Source of the DNA: Fidelibacterota bacterium
Lineage (GTDB): Bacteria; Fidelibacterota; Fidelibacteria; Fidelibacterales; Fidelibacteraceae
Direction: 5' to 3'
Assembly (NCBI GenBank): GCA_034723415.1
Contig: JAYEOX010000132.1
Location: 1 to 33,157, forward strand
DNA length: 33,157 bases
How positions within the stretch are numbered: the stretch's first letter is position 1; every line of letters starts with the position of its first letter. The position numbers and the translations under genes are program-made. The notes beneath the pieces are model-generated. The model had not been told where the DNA came from. It worked only from the letters and a program-made list of their open reading frames with translations, and did no database searches. This document shows, one piece after another, positions 1-9,485 of this stretch.

Positions 1-168
1 ATTTGTAATGTATCTCTGCATAGTTGAATGTAACTTTTGTTAAAAATTTATTAATTATATTCTCTAATATTCGCATGTTGTAAGATATGAAAATATTTCT
101 TTTAATAACAATTTTATCTTATGAAAAATTTTCATAATTTATTGGTATGAAATTAATGGAGAAATCAA

Positions 169-696
169 ATGGGAAAAATTAATAGTGCACCTTTAGGATT
201 ATTGTTTTATGCAATTGCAGTAAATAACAAGGATCTGTTTAAAATAATAGAGAGAAAACTTGAAAAAAAATACGGAAATATTTTATTTGAAAGTGAAATA
301 ATAAATTTTAGTGAAAAAACTAATTACTATAAAAAAGAGATGGGCAGTAAGTTGTGGAAAAAATATTATTCTTATGAAACAATTATATCTTTGGAAGATA
401 TTTTCAAATATAAATATGAATCAAATAAATTGGAAGATGAATTTAAAACTGATGATAAACGAAATATTAATCTTGATCCCGGTTACATCACTCTTTTTAA
501 TTTTTCACTATTAACGACAAAGGGATATTCACACCGTATATATTTAGAAAAAGGAATTTATTCTGAAATTACACTTATTTATAAAAATAAAAAGTATGAA
601 TTTCTTCCTTGGACATATCCTGATTATAAATATAAGAATATTTTATGGTTGTTGGAAAGATCACGGTTATTTTTAAAAGAAAATTTATCAAAATAA
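169..696 (+). CDS. DUF4416 family protein
   Basis: Motifs TNYYKKEMG, RNINLDPGY, HRIYLEKGIYSE and PWTYPDY; GGAG upstream of ATG. Confidence 0.85.
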   Translation: MGKINSAPLGLLFYAIAVNNKDLFKIIERKLEKKYGNILFESEIINFSEKTNYYKKEMGSKLWKKYYSYETIISLEDIFKYKYESNKLEDEFKTDDKRNINLDPGYITLFNFSLLTTKGYSHRIYLEKGIYSEITLIYKNKKYEFLPWTYPDYKYKNILWLLERSRLFLKENLSK

Positions 697-817
697 GCAA
701 AAAAACAAGACATAAGATTTGTTATATTGAAACACCACGAAAATTTTTGGGCAGATATTTTTCTTAATTATTATTTTATAAATTTAAAAATGTATACGAT
801 TTATGGAGTAAAATAAC

Positions 818-836
818 CCCTCCAAAGGCGGGCAAG
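818..836. repeat. REP-like mini element (hairpin + CAAG), copy 1
   Basis: ccctcc-aaa-ggcggg-caag between the palindromic arms taaaataac / gttatttta. Confidence 0.6.
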
Positions 837-1106
837 CATGTTATTTTATTAAATTTCGAAGAAATTTAAATATGATAGTAAAATAATAGAATATTTGTGA
901 AAAAAGTTTAGCTTTTTTGCATTAACATGGTTAATGCACTCCAAAAATACAAAACAAATTATTGAAATAATAATTTAATATTACTATAATCGAATAAATA
1001 ATTCGAAGATATTATTTTCGTAATATACTATGTTATTGATAGTTATATAAATCATCCTCTTTTTTTCCTGGGGGGCAAATAATATCTATTATAAAATATA
1101 TTGGTT

Positions 1107-2411
1107 TTATTTATTCTTAAAAAATAATCCCAAAGAAACCCCGTGGAAATTAAAATGTTCTCTTAATTTGTTTTCAAGAAATTTTTTATATTGGTTCGTG
1201 ATCAATTTTGATTCATTGCAAAAAAAACCGAAAAATGGCGGATTCGATTTTAATTGAGTAATATATTTTATTTTAATGTGTTTCCCATTTGTTGCTTGCG
1301 GTGGTGTGTTTTTTATTATTTTCCCCATTACTTTATTAAGTATTGATGTTTTTATCTCCGTTTTTTTTCGAACTTGTAATAATAAAGCTTCATTAAGCAC
1401 TTTCAACAGATTATTTCTATTAATTGCAGATGTGAAAAAAATGGGGAAATGTTTTAGTGCAGGATATCTTGAGTGAGCCCAATGTAAATATTCATCGGCG
1501 GTATATTCATTTTTTTCTACCAAATCCCATTTGTTAAATACAATGATCAACCCTTTAAAATTTTCTATAATGAAATTAATTAAACGAATGTCTTGTTTGG
1601 CAAATCCTTTATTAATATCAATAATATAAATACAAATATCACTTGAGTCTATTGATCTTTGAGTGCGAACATAACTGAAATATTCTAACGATCCCGTTAT
1701 ATTTGATTTTTTCCTTAAGCCGGCAGTATCAACGATATTAATTGTTTTTTTATTATAAACAAATTGGCTGTCAATACTATCTCTTGTTGTGCCGGGGATG
1801 TCAGTTACAATATGTCTATCAGTTCCTAAAAAAGAATTTGCAAAAGTTGATTTACCTGCATTTGGCATTCCAAGAAGAGCAAGGTTTAAGTAATAATTTT
1901 TCTTCTTCTTCTCTTTATGTGGCAACAACTCTGTAATTTTATCCAAAAGATCGCCGGAATTTCTTCCCGAAATTGCACTTACGCCGAATGCTTCTCCAAG
2001 CCCTAAAGAATAAAATTCATGTTTACTGTATTCTAATTCTTTATTATCTACTTTATTGGCAACAAGTAGAATAGATTTATTGCTTCGTTTCAATATTCGA
2101 GATATTTCTATATCATAATCTGTTACGCCTGTTGTTGCATCAACTACAAATAGAATTAAATCGGCTTCATTTGATGCGATCAATGCCTGTTTCCGCACAT
2201 TTTTATCTATCATATTTTTTGGATGGATCATAATTCCACCGGTGTCTATGATTGTGAAGTTTTTCGCATTCCACATCACTTCGGAATAGACCCTATCTCT
2301 TGTTACGCCTTCTATTTCGTGAACTATTGCCTTTCTCTGCTTTAGGAAACGATTAAATAATGTTGATTTTCCGATATTCGGACGACCAACTATTGCAACA
2401 ACATTTGACAT
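1107..2411 (-). CDS. der: Ribosome biogenesis GTPase Der (EngA)
   Basis: Two tandem GTPase domains (GRPNIGKST...DTGG; GMPNAGKST...DTAG) plus KH-like C-terminus. Confidence 0.98.
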   Translation of the reverse strand: MSNVVAIVGRPNIGKSTLFNRFLKQRKAIVHEIEGVTRDRVYSEVMWNAKNFTIIDTGGIMIHPKNMIDKNVRKQALIASNEADLILFVVDATTGVTDYDIEISRILKRSNKSILLVANKVDNKELEYSKHEFYSLGLGEAFGVSAISGRNSGDLLDKITELLPHKEKKKKNYYLNLALLGMPNAGKSTFANSFLGTDRHIVTDIPGTTRDSIDSQFVYNKKTINIVDTAGLRKKSNITGSLEYFSYVRTQRSIDSSDICIYIIDINKGFAKQDIRLINFIIENFKGLIIVFNKWDLVEKNEYTADEYLHWAHSRYPALKHFPIFFTSAINRNNLLKVLNEALLLQVRKKTEIKTSILNKVMGKIIKNTPPQATNGKHIKIKYITQLKSNPPFFGFFCNESKLITNQYKKFLENKLREHFNFHGVSLGLFFKNK

Positions 2412-2431
2412 ATATTTACCTTACTATTTTT

Positions 2432-2902
2432 TTAATCATTATTATTAAATATTTTTTTCCAATATTCAACTTCTTCTGAATTCATTGTATTTTCTTTTTG
2501 AGAAGTTGTTCTGTTCTTTTGTTTGTTTTTAATTAAATATTTTTTTATGAATTTATCACTTGAGATAACATTTAGTCCGCCTTGTCTTACATATTTCACA
2601 ATAGATCTGTCGGATGAGATAACTGTAACTTTTTTTTGCTCATATTTTTCGGATAAATTTTTTATAACACCATCTGCTTTTTGTCCTTTTGATGATGAGT
2701 AAATGATCTGAATATTGGAGTTTATTTTATTTGTTTGTGAATAACTTTGTCCGTCAAATACAATAATTATTTTGTTATTTTTACTAATGGAAATGTTTGA
2801 AATTTGCCTGATAAAATCCTCGCGTATATGTTGATGGTCGGCATAATTAATAACATCATACATTTTAAACATAATATTATGAGCATCTAAAATATAGATC
2901 AT
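2432..2902 (-). CDS. NYN (PIN-like) domain protein, YacP/Rae1-like putative RNase
   Basis: ILDAHN, VFDG, ADGVI and VISSDR acidic motifs. Confidence 0.8.
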   Translation of the reverse strand: MIYILDAHNIMFKMYDVINYADHQHIREDFIRQISNISISKNNKIIIVFDGQSYSQTNKINSNIQIIYSSSKGQKADGVIKNLSEKYEQKKVTVISSDRSIVKYVRQGGLNVISSDKFIKKYLIKNKQKNRTTSQKENTMNSEEVEYWKKIFNNND

Positions 2903-3192
2903 CTGTTTTTTATTCTCTTCTTTTTTAACAAATATGATTCATAATTATTTTTCTTTATATTTGTTAAAATATTTTCTTCACTGTTTTTAAGTCGATTATA
3001 TACAACGGTTATTTCCAAGGGAGCAGTGCAAATTACCACAGATGTAATTCCGTCCATTCTAATAATTGATCTTTTTAACGAATCAATATTTGTTGAATTT
3101 TCTGTTTTTTTAATTTTAATTTCCAGTTCATTATAAATTGATCCACAGCTTATAAAAGATATAAGTATTAAAAAAAGAATTATTTTTTTCAT
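2899..3192 (-). CDS. Small lipoprotein with HMA-like fold, no CxxC
   Basis: Signal peptide with lipobox FISC; DGI.SV...ITVVYN...I...I pattern of HMA domains. Confidence 0.5.
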   Translation of the reverse strand: MKKIILFLILISFISCGSIYNELEIKIKKTENSTNIDSLKRSIIRMDGITSVVICTAPLEITVVYNRLKNSEENILTNIKKNNYESYLLKKKRIKNR

Positions 3193-3211
3193 GTATTCCT
3201 CTTAATTGTTT

Positions 3212-3868
3212 TTAGATCAAATAAAATAAAAATGCGAAAAAATGACTAATACTTCCGCCTAAAACAAAGAGATGCCAAATGGAATGATTAAAAGGCATTT
3301 TATCCCAAACAAAAAATATTATTCCCAATGTATAAGATAACCCGCCGATCAACATCCACATAAAGAACATAAATGGGACTTCAGATATTAGCGGTTTAAT
3401 AACAAATACAATTAACCAACCCATTATTAAATAAGTAATTACCGAGAAACCCCAGAATTTATGAAAAAATAAAAATTGTTTTACAACACCAAGAATTGCC
3501 AATCCCCAAATCACACCAAAGATCGACCATCCTAATGGACCTCTTAATACTGTTAATGTAATCGGGGTATAAGTTCCGGCGATCAACAAATAAATTGATG
3601 CATAGTCAAATAATCTAAAAAATTCTTTTCTTTTTTTGCTGCTGGAACTATGATATAATGTTGAAAATAAATATAGTATTATTAATGTTGCTCCATAAAT
3701 ACTAAAACTTACGATTTGCCAAGCGTTTCCACGCTGACTAGAGAATACAACAAGCAAAACTAATGCGGCAATGCTAAGAGCAATTCCAATTCCATGTGTT
3801 ATGCCATTTGCTATTTCTTCACCTGTCGTTTGATTTGGTAATTGTATTTTCTTTGGTTTTTTCTTCAC
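3212..3868 (-). CDS. Hemolysin III / PAQR family membrane protein (TrhA-like)
   Basis: EEIANGITHG, STLYH, LLIAGTYTP and HSIWHLFVL; about 7 TM; GTG start. Confidence 0.93.
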   Translation of the reverse strand: MKKKPKKIQLPNQTTGEEIANGITHGIGIALSIAALVLLVVFSSQRGNAWQIVSFSIYGATLIILYLFSTLYHSSSSKKRKEFFRLFDYASIYLLIAGTYTPITLTVLRGPLGWSIFGVIWGLAILGVVKQFLFFHKFWGFSVITYLIMGWLIVFVIKPLISEVPFMFFMWMLIGGLSYTLGIIFFVWDKMPFNHSIWHLFVLGGSISHFFAFLFYLI

Positions 3869-3913
3869 TCACTTATTTCCTTGATTTATTATAATATTAA
3901 TTAATAACAAATT

Positions 3914-4162
3914 TTAATTGAATCTATTAATAAATTCTTTTACTGCTTTTTTGCTTTTGCTAAAATCTATCTTTTTCGAAATGATTATATTTACTAAAAC
4001 AGTTTCCTTTTCTTCTATGGGAATTCTTTTGTTTACTACAACTACCGGCAAATTATTCAGCAAACAATAACCACCGGAAAAGGTGCCAACTCCATAAACT
4101 ATATCTATTTCATTTTCTTTAATTAAATTTTCAAGTTCTTTTAGAATTTTTTTTGACTTCAT
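3914..4162 (-). CDS. Small hypothetical protein
   Basis: 82 aa, start overlaps upstream stop (translational coupling); GTFSGGYC...VVVNK segment. Confidence 0.7.
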   Translation of the reverse strand: MKSKKILKELENLIKENEIDIVYGVGTFSGGYCLLNNLPVVVVNKRIPIEEKETVLVNIIISKKIDFSKSKKAVKEFINRFN

Positions 4163-5238
4163 TATAGCAAATTTCCTTTATCGTTAATTTGAAGTATATC
4201 TACAACATCTTTTACATGTTCGGAATCCTTGCGAGGTACGACTAAGATCACACCATTTTCTTCAATGATAACTAAATCATGAACATTGTATGTAAAGATT
4301 TGAGAATTTTTACTGTAAACATAATTTTTTGTTGATTCAGTTAATATTCCGTCAGAATGATTTACATTTTTATTTTTATCTTTGTTATCTAATTTATATA
4401 CTGCATTCCAGCTGCCAATATCACTCCAATCAAAATAACAAAGAACAACTTTTACATTATCGGCTTTCTCTAAAACACCATAATCAATTGAAATCGGTGA
4501 AATAGATGACCACAATTTTTCAATAGAAGTTTCGTATTTTTTTGTTCCGATAGTTTCTTTAATATTTGAGATAATTCTAAATAATTCAGGAATATGTTTG
4601 CTGATAGCTTTTAGTATAGTTGTGCCTTTCCAAACGAACATGCCGCTGTTCCATAGGAATTCTTGTGATTTTATAAATCTTTTTGCTGTTTGTAAATTTG
4701 GTTTTTCAGCGAATGTTTTTGATTTATATACGAATTTGTAATTAGGAATATTTTCTTTTTCAATTTGGACATATCCATATCCGGTAGCAGGAAAGGTTGG
4801 TTTAATTCCAAATGTAATTAATACATTTTTTATTGTTGCAACCTCAATTGCTTTTTTAACAGATAGAACGAATTTTTTTTCATTTTTTATTAAATGATCA
4901 GCAGGAAAAAATCCGATAATTGCCGATGGATCTTTCTTTACAATGTGTGCTGCTGCAAGAGCGATAGCCGGAGCTGTATTTTTTCCCGATGGCTCAATAA
5001 TAAAATTTTTCCATTTGATCTTATCATTTTGTGCCAATATCATTTTCGCTTGCGTGTGGTTTGTAATAATATAGATATTATCAATTGAAGACAATTTTTC
5101 TAATCTTTTGATTGTTAAATTTATCATTGTGCCGGTATCAAATATGTCAAGTAATTGCTTGGGGGATTTTTTTCTGCTGCGAGGCCAAAATCTCTTACCA
5201 ACTCCACCGGCCATAATGATACTATAATAATTATTCAT
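4162..5238 (-). CDS. manC: Mannose-1-phosphate guanylyltransferase (no PMI cupin domain)
   Basis: IMAGGVGKRFWPRSR, EPSGKNTAPAI, FAEKP, WNSGMF, WSDIGSW. Start moved to the ATG at 5238 (GGAG upstream, overlaps dapF stop). Confidence 0.9.
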   Translation of the reverse strand: MNNYYSIIMAGGVGKRFWPRSRKKSPKQLLDIFDTGTMINLTIKRLEKLSSIDNIYIITNHTQAKMILAQNDKIKWKNFIIEPSGKNTAPAIALAAAHIVKKDPSAIIGFFPADHLIKNEKKFVLSVKKAIEVATIKNVLITFGIKPTFPATGYGYVQIEKENIPNYKFVYKSKTFAEKPNLQTAKRFIKSQEFLWNSGMFVWKGTTILKAISKHIPELFRIISNIKETIGTKKYETSIEKLWSSISPISIDYGVLEKADNVKVVLCYFDWSDIGSWNAVYKLDNKDKNKNVNHSDGILTESTKNYVYSKNSQIFTYNVHDLVIIEENGVILVVPRKDSEHVKDVVDILQINDKGNLL

Positions 5239-6019
5239 AAAAATATTCTCCATTATAAATTATTTTTGTTTTTCCCTTTAACCAAATTTTATTGTTTTCT
5301 TTAAAAATTATAATATTCCCACCATTGAAAATCGATATGATAGGATATTTCATTTTGTAAATATTGTTGGCTAAAATACTACTTGCAACACCTCCGGTTG
5401 CGCAGGATAATGTTTCGTTGTTTACACCATTTTCAAAAGTTCTCACTCTAATTTTCGAATCACTTATTTTTTTAATAAAGTTGAAATTTGAGTGAAATGC
5501 TTTATATCTAGGATGTTCATGTAAATATTTCCCCTTTTCTACAATGTCAAAATTTTTAATATTTTCTACAGGAATAACAAAATGATTAACCCCAACTTTA
5601 AATTTGTAGTGCGTTTCGTCATCAAATTTAAATGTTTGAAATTGCTCATTTACAGACATGCTGACAGCTATATTGTCTTTTGAAATCGTTGCATCATGAA
5701 TCCCGTCATCGGCAATGAAAGTAACTTTATTAGCACACCAGTTTTTTGAAAAAGCATATTTTACTAATGCTCGTGAACCGTTACCACAGAATTTTCCCTT
5801 TGAACCATCAGAGTTAAAATATGTCATTTTAAATGGGAACGATTCGTTTTTTTCAATTAGCAGAACTCCATCAGCCCCAATTCCGAAATGTCTATCGCAA
5901 ATTTTAGGAATTAGTGAAATGAAATTATCCGGCAATTTTTGTATATTAAGATCAATTAAAATAAAATCGTTACCGGTAGCTTCTAATTTTGTAAATAGTA
6001 TTTTGTTTTTATTTTGCAT
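5231..6019 (-). CDS. dapF: Diaminopimelate epimerase
   Basis: TGNDF, CDRHFGIGADG, NSDGS..FCGNG and RTFENGV..ETLSCATG. Confidence 0.93.
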   Translation of the reverse strand: MQNKNKILFTKLEATGNDFILIDLNIQKLPDNFISLIPKICDRHFGIGADGVLLIEKNESFPFKMTYFNSDGSKGKFCGNGSRALVKYAFSKNWCANKVTFIADDGIHDATISKDNIAVSMSVNEQFQTFKFDDETHYKFKVGVNHFVIPVENIKNFDIVEKGKYLHEHPRYKAFHSNFNFIKKISDSKIRVRTFENGVNNETLSCATGGVASSILANNIYKMKYPIISIFNGGNIIIFKENNKIWLKGKTKIIYNGEYFYE

Positions 6020-7580
6020 CTTTTATTTTTAATTCTCCAATATCTGTATCCCAATGTGCTCTAACTTGTATATCATTCATCAATGATTTTTGAATCTCTG
6101 GTGAGATAAACGGATAAATATTTCCGTTATCAATGTGATCATTTCCATTTTTGTCAAGGTAATAATATAACTGAAATTTTCCGGAAGGCAAATTGTCAAA
6201 TAAAAGATCATCATTTTTATTTGGCCTTGTTTGGAAATTATATTTTTCATTTGATAAGATCAAAACAAGTTCCGGTAAATATGAAATCTGTCCAATTACT
6301 CTTCCTGAATCCGTATTTACAATTTGATTGATATTTACACTGTAAGTCGAGTCACTATTCAAAAATGAATAATTTTTGTTATTAGGTAATGATAATAAAA
6401 ATTTTCCACCTATTGATTTATTTTTTAATTGGTTGTTGAATTCATAAAACCCAGAATGTTTTTTATGAACTGTTTGAAAAGTTGTATCATCGCCAACAAT
6501 TAATTTTCCTTTGAGAGAAGTTGTGTCCAATAAAGGAGTAGTTATCAATTGCTTGTTTGTATATTGTAAAGTATAACTTGAATCTGAAAATTTATTTACG
6601 AAAAATTCACCGGATGTATCTGATAAAAACTGATTAAAATCATCGAATAGGTTATTTATAGAAATAGTTGCGCTATCGGTATCAAGATAGTTATGTATTA
6701 TATTAACTGTTTTTTCTTTCACAATAAATGTGTCAATGGAAGTGCCATTAATTTTAAAACTGTTTTTATCATTCATTTGTGAAATTGGTTTTGAAAAAGT
6801 TAATTTTGTTTCATTTTGGTAAATGTTTTCAATTTTTATTAGTTTTGGAGTTAGGAAATTATCTCGGACAACAGTAAAATCTAAATTTGATGTAATCGTA
6901 TCATTTATATTTACGAATAATTTATTTGGTAATATTAAATCATCAAATTTCGGTTCATATTTCTTGTTGTTATCGTTATCAACAAAACCGAAGGCAATGA
7001 ATTTTTTGGATGGCAAATAATTAAAATGGAATGATCCATTATTATCCGATTGTAAGTAATATTCATATTTATTAAATAATGAATCCAACGAATTTGTTAA
7101 TGAAGAGAAGATGATCATACTATTGTCATTTTTATTTAAACCATAAATTTGCCCTTTTATTGAACCGGAGGGAATTTTATTTCCTGTTGAAAAAGATAGT
7201 GTAATAATTTTATTAATGTTGTTTCCCCTTAAATCACAGAGGTCTCGATCTATAATTATTGTATAGAATTGATTTTCTTTCCATTCTGATTCGGGAGTAA
7301 TTATAATGTTTTTTCTTTTAATTTGTATGGAGTAATCTGTCAAATTTAAAGGGAATATGGTAATGGCTTTTTTTACAGAGATTTTACTCGGCATTTCCGA
7401 TAGTGTAAAAATAATATCAGTATCGGTGTCAATATTGGTGCCACCATCTATTATATTATCGAGCAATATAGCAGGAGGAGTAGAATCTTTTGGCCCTCCG
7501 CCGGGTAAACCTTGTGAAGCACAATTGTATAAATTCACAAGTGAAAATAAAAATAGTATTAATAATATATATTTTTTCAT
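6009..7580 (-). CDS. Ig-like (Big_5) domain lipoprotein
   Basis: Signal peptide then CASQGLPGGGPKDSTPP; later DNDNNKKY and DKNGNDHIDNG motifs. Start moved to MKKYIL at 7580. Confidence 0.75.
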   Translation of the reverse strand: MKKYILLILFLFSLVNLYNCASQGLPGGGPKDSTPPAILLDNIIDGGTNIDTDTDIIFTLSEMPSKISVKKAITIFPLNLTDYSIQIKRKNIIITPESEWKENQFYTIIIDRDLCDLRGNNINKIITLSFSTGNKIPSGSIKGQIYGLNKNDNSMIIFSSLTNSLDSLFNKYEYYLQSDNNGSFHFNYLPSKKFIAFGFVDNDNNKKYEPKFDDLILPNKLFVNINDTITSNLDFTVVRDNFLTPKLIKIENIYQNETKLTFSKPISQMNDKNSFKINGTSIDTFIVKEKTVNIIHNYLDTDSATISINNLFDDFNQFLSDTSGEFFVNKFSDSSYTLQYTNKQLITTPLLDTTSLKGKLIVGDDTTFQTVHKKHSGFYEFNNQLKNKSIGGKFLLSLPNNKNYSFLNSDSTYSVNINQIVNTDSGRVIGQISYLPELVLILSNEKYNFQTRPNKNDDLLFDNLPSGKFQLYYYLDKNGNDHIDNGNIYPFISPEIQKSLMNDIQVRAHWDTDIGELKIKDAK

Positions 7581-7784
7581 ATCATAAGATATAAAATTTT
7601 TTATAAGACACATAACAAATTAAAATTTTATCTTATATTTTTTATAACATGTTGATTTTAATTAATGGCGGATTTTTTAATTAAATAATCATAAAAAAAG
7701 TTTTTTAAAAGTTTTTAGAAAATTAATTGGAATATAAATAAAAATTACTTAAATTATTTACTAAGTAACAAAAAGGAGAAAAAA

Positions 7785-8639
7785 ATGAAGTCAATAACAT
7801 TAGGATTAGTTTTTACTTTATTGGTTTCCGGCTCAATGGTCTTTGGGCAAAGCAACACAGATATCAAACAATCAAAACAGATCAAGGTAATCGTCGCAGA
7901 ATTAGACAGGGTTGGGAAAAGGATTAATGCTGTCGAAAAGCAAATTAAAATTATTGTTGAAGAGATTGACAAGGTTGGTAAAGGCACATCATCGGTAGAT
8001 ACTGAAAAATATGATGAAAGTCTAAAAGTACTTACCGAAAAAGTAGTTGAAGTAGTAGATCAAACAAAAGATGTCGATGGGAAAATAAAAATCTTGGCCA
8101 ACAAAATATCAAGCAATGATAATAAAATAAAATCGATGGTTGACACAACCCAAATTGAGATAACCCGGGATGAAATAAAACAGATAAAAACTGATATTGA
8201 AAAATTAACTGAAGAAATAAGTAATATAAAATCGAAACCGGAACAAGAGCAAGAGCTAGAGTTAGTAATGGAATCACATTATTATGATTATAATAGAGCT
8301 TTATGGAATTTTAATAATGGTAATTATCAGTTAGCTTCAAATGAATTTATCAGAATAAGATCTAACAAAAACAATAACTTGGCTGATAATGCTCAATATT
8401 GGTTAGGCGAATGTTTTTATGCTCAAGGACTTTATAAACAAGCAATAACAGAATTTGAAAATGTATTTACTTATGATAAAAAAGATAAATATGATGATGC
8501 ACAACTTAAATTGGGATATTGTTATAAGAAATTATCCAATAGAGCAAGAGCAATAGAAGAATTTGAAAGATTTGTGCAATATTATCCGTATAGTGAATAT
8601 TATGAATTAGCATTAAGAGAACTCTCATATTTAAGGTAA
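7785..8639 (+). CDS. Secreted coiled-coil + TPR protein, CpoB/YbgF-like
   Basis: AGGAG RBS, signal peptide, long coiled coil, C-terminal LADNAQYWLGECFY...DAQLKLG...YP.SEY TPRs. Confidence 0.75.
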   Translation: MKSITLGLVFTLLVSGSMVFGQSNTDIKQSKQIKVIVAELDRVGKRINAVEKQIKIIVEEIDKVGKGTSSVDTEKYDESLKVLTEKVVEVVDQTKDVDGKIKILANKISSNDNKIKSMVDTTQIEITRDEIKQIKTDIEKLTEEISNIKSKPEQEQELELVMESHYYDYNRALWNFNNGNYQLASNEFIRIRSNKNNNLADNAQYWLGECFYAQGLYKQAITEFENVFTYDKKDKYDDAQLKLGYCYKKLSNRARAIEEFERFVQYYPYSEYYELALRELSYLR

Positions 8640-8642
8640 CCA

Positions 8643-9485
8643 ATGTCATTAAAAATTTATCATGTAACAAATGAAATTAATCCATTCACCGGTAACACAA
8701 ATGTAGGCGATTTTATTAAAAATTATTCCGTTATTTATAATGAGAATAAAGTTGATATCAGATTGTTTCTTCCAAAATATGGGTATATTTCTGACAGAAA
8801 AAATGTATTGCGTGAAGTAATTAGATTACAAGATATTCCGGTGAATTATTTAAATGGTGAAATGCATTCATCGGTCAAATCATCTTTTATTCCTGATTCA
8901 AGAGTACAAACATATTTTTTAGAACAAGCGGAAATGTTTAATAAAATAGATAAAAAATCTATTGTAGAAAAGGCATTATCAAAATCCATTAGGAAAAAAT
9001 ATTTTGATAGCTTTATGTATTTTTCTATTGCATCGTTAAATACATTGAAATATTTGTATTGGAAACCAGATCGTATAATTAGTAATAATTGGTGTTCTGC
9101 AATAATTCCAATTTTGTTAAAAAATAATTATTATAATGATACTTGGTTTAGTGGCACAAAGACTGTTTTGTTTTTGAGTTCTGATCAGCCATTTGCATCT
9201 TTCTCTAAGAAAATTCAAAAATCTTTTAAAATTCCTAAATGTAAGTTTGATATTTCCGATCCAATTGAATATTTAAAAGCCGCAATTTACTATTCCGATG
9301 GTGTTACATTTTTAAAAGTTAAAGGGAAGAATTATTTACAGGAACTTTTAAAAGATAAGGACATATCAAAATTGATTAAAGGAATGGGAGATTCTTATAA
9401 AGAGATAAATTTAGAATCCATTGAAGAAAAAGAATTTTTATTAAAAACTGCGAAGGAATATTACACTTACCTTGAAAAAATTTAA
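8643..9485 (+). CDS. Glycogen/starch synthase N-terminal (Glyco_transf_5) domain-only protein
   Basis: KIYHVTNEINPF, DIRLFLPKYGYI, LREVIRL, WKPDRIISNNW; only 280 aa, no C-terminal GT1 domain. Confidence 0.75.
   Translation: MSLKIYHVTNEINPFTGNTNVGDFIKNYSVIYNENKVDIRLFLPKYGYISDRKNVLREVIRLQDIPVNYLNGEMHSSVKSSFIPDSRVQTYFLEQAEMFNKIDKKSIVEKALSKSIRKKYFDSFMYFSIASLNTLKYLYWKPDRIISNNWCSAIIPILLKNNYYNDTWFSGTKTVLFLSSDQPFASFSKKIQKSFKIPKCKFDISDPIEYLKAAIYYSDGVTFLKVKGKNYLQELLKDKDISKLIKGMGDSYKEINLESIEEKEFLLKTAKEYYTYLEKI

Noticed and set aside
3212..3868. Hemolysin III as a virulence toxin
   Set aside because: Widespread PAQR-family membrane protein in a housekeeping operon
5390..5410. DapF second catalytic motif SCATG instead of ACGTG as inactivation
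   Set aside because: Both catalytic cysteines are retained; likely ordinary divergence
7614..7784. Divergent spacer as oriC because gene orientation switches here
   Set aside because: No convincing DnaA box seen; best explained as a divergent promoter region
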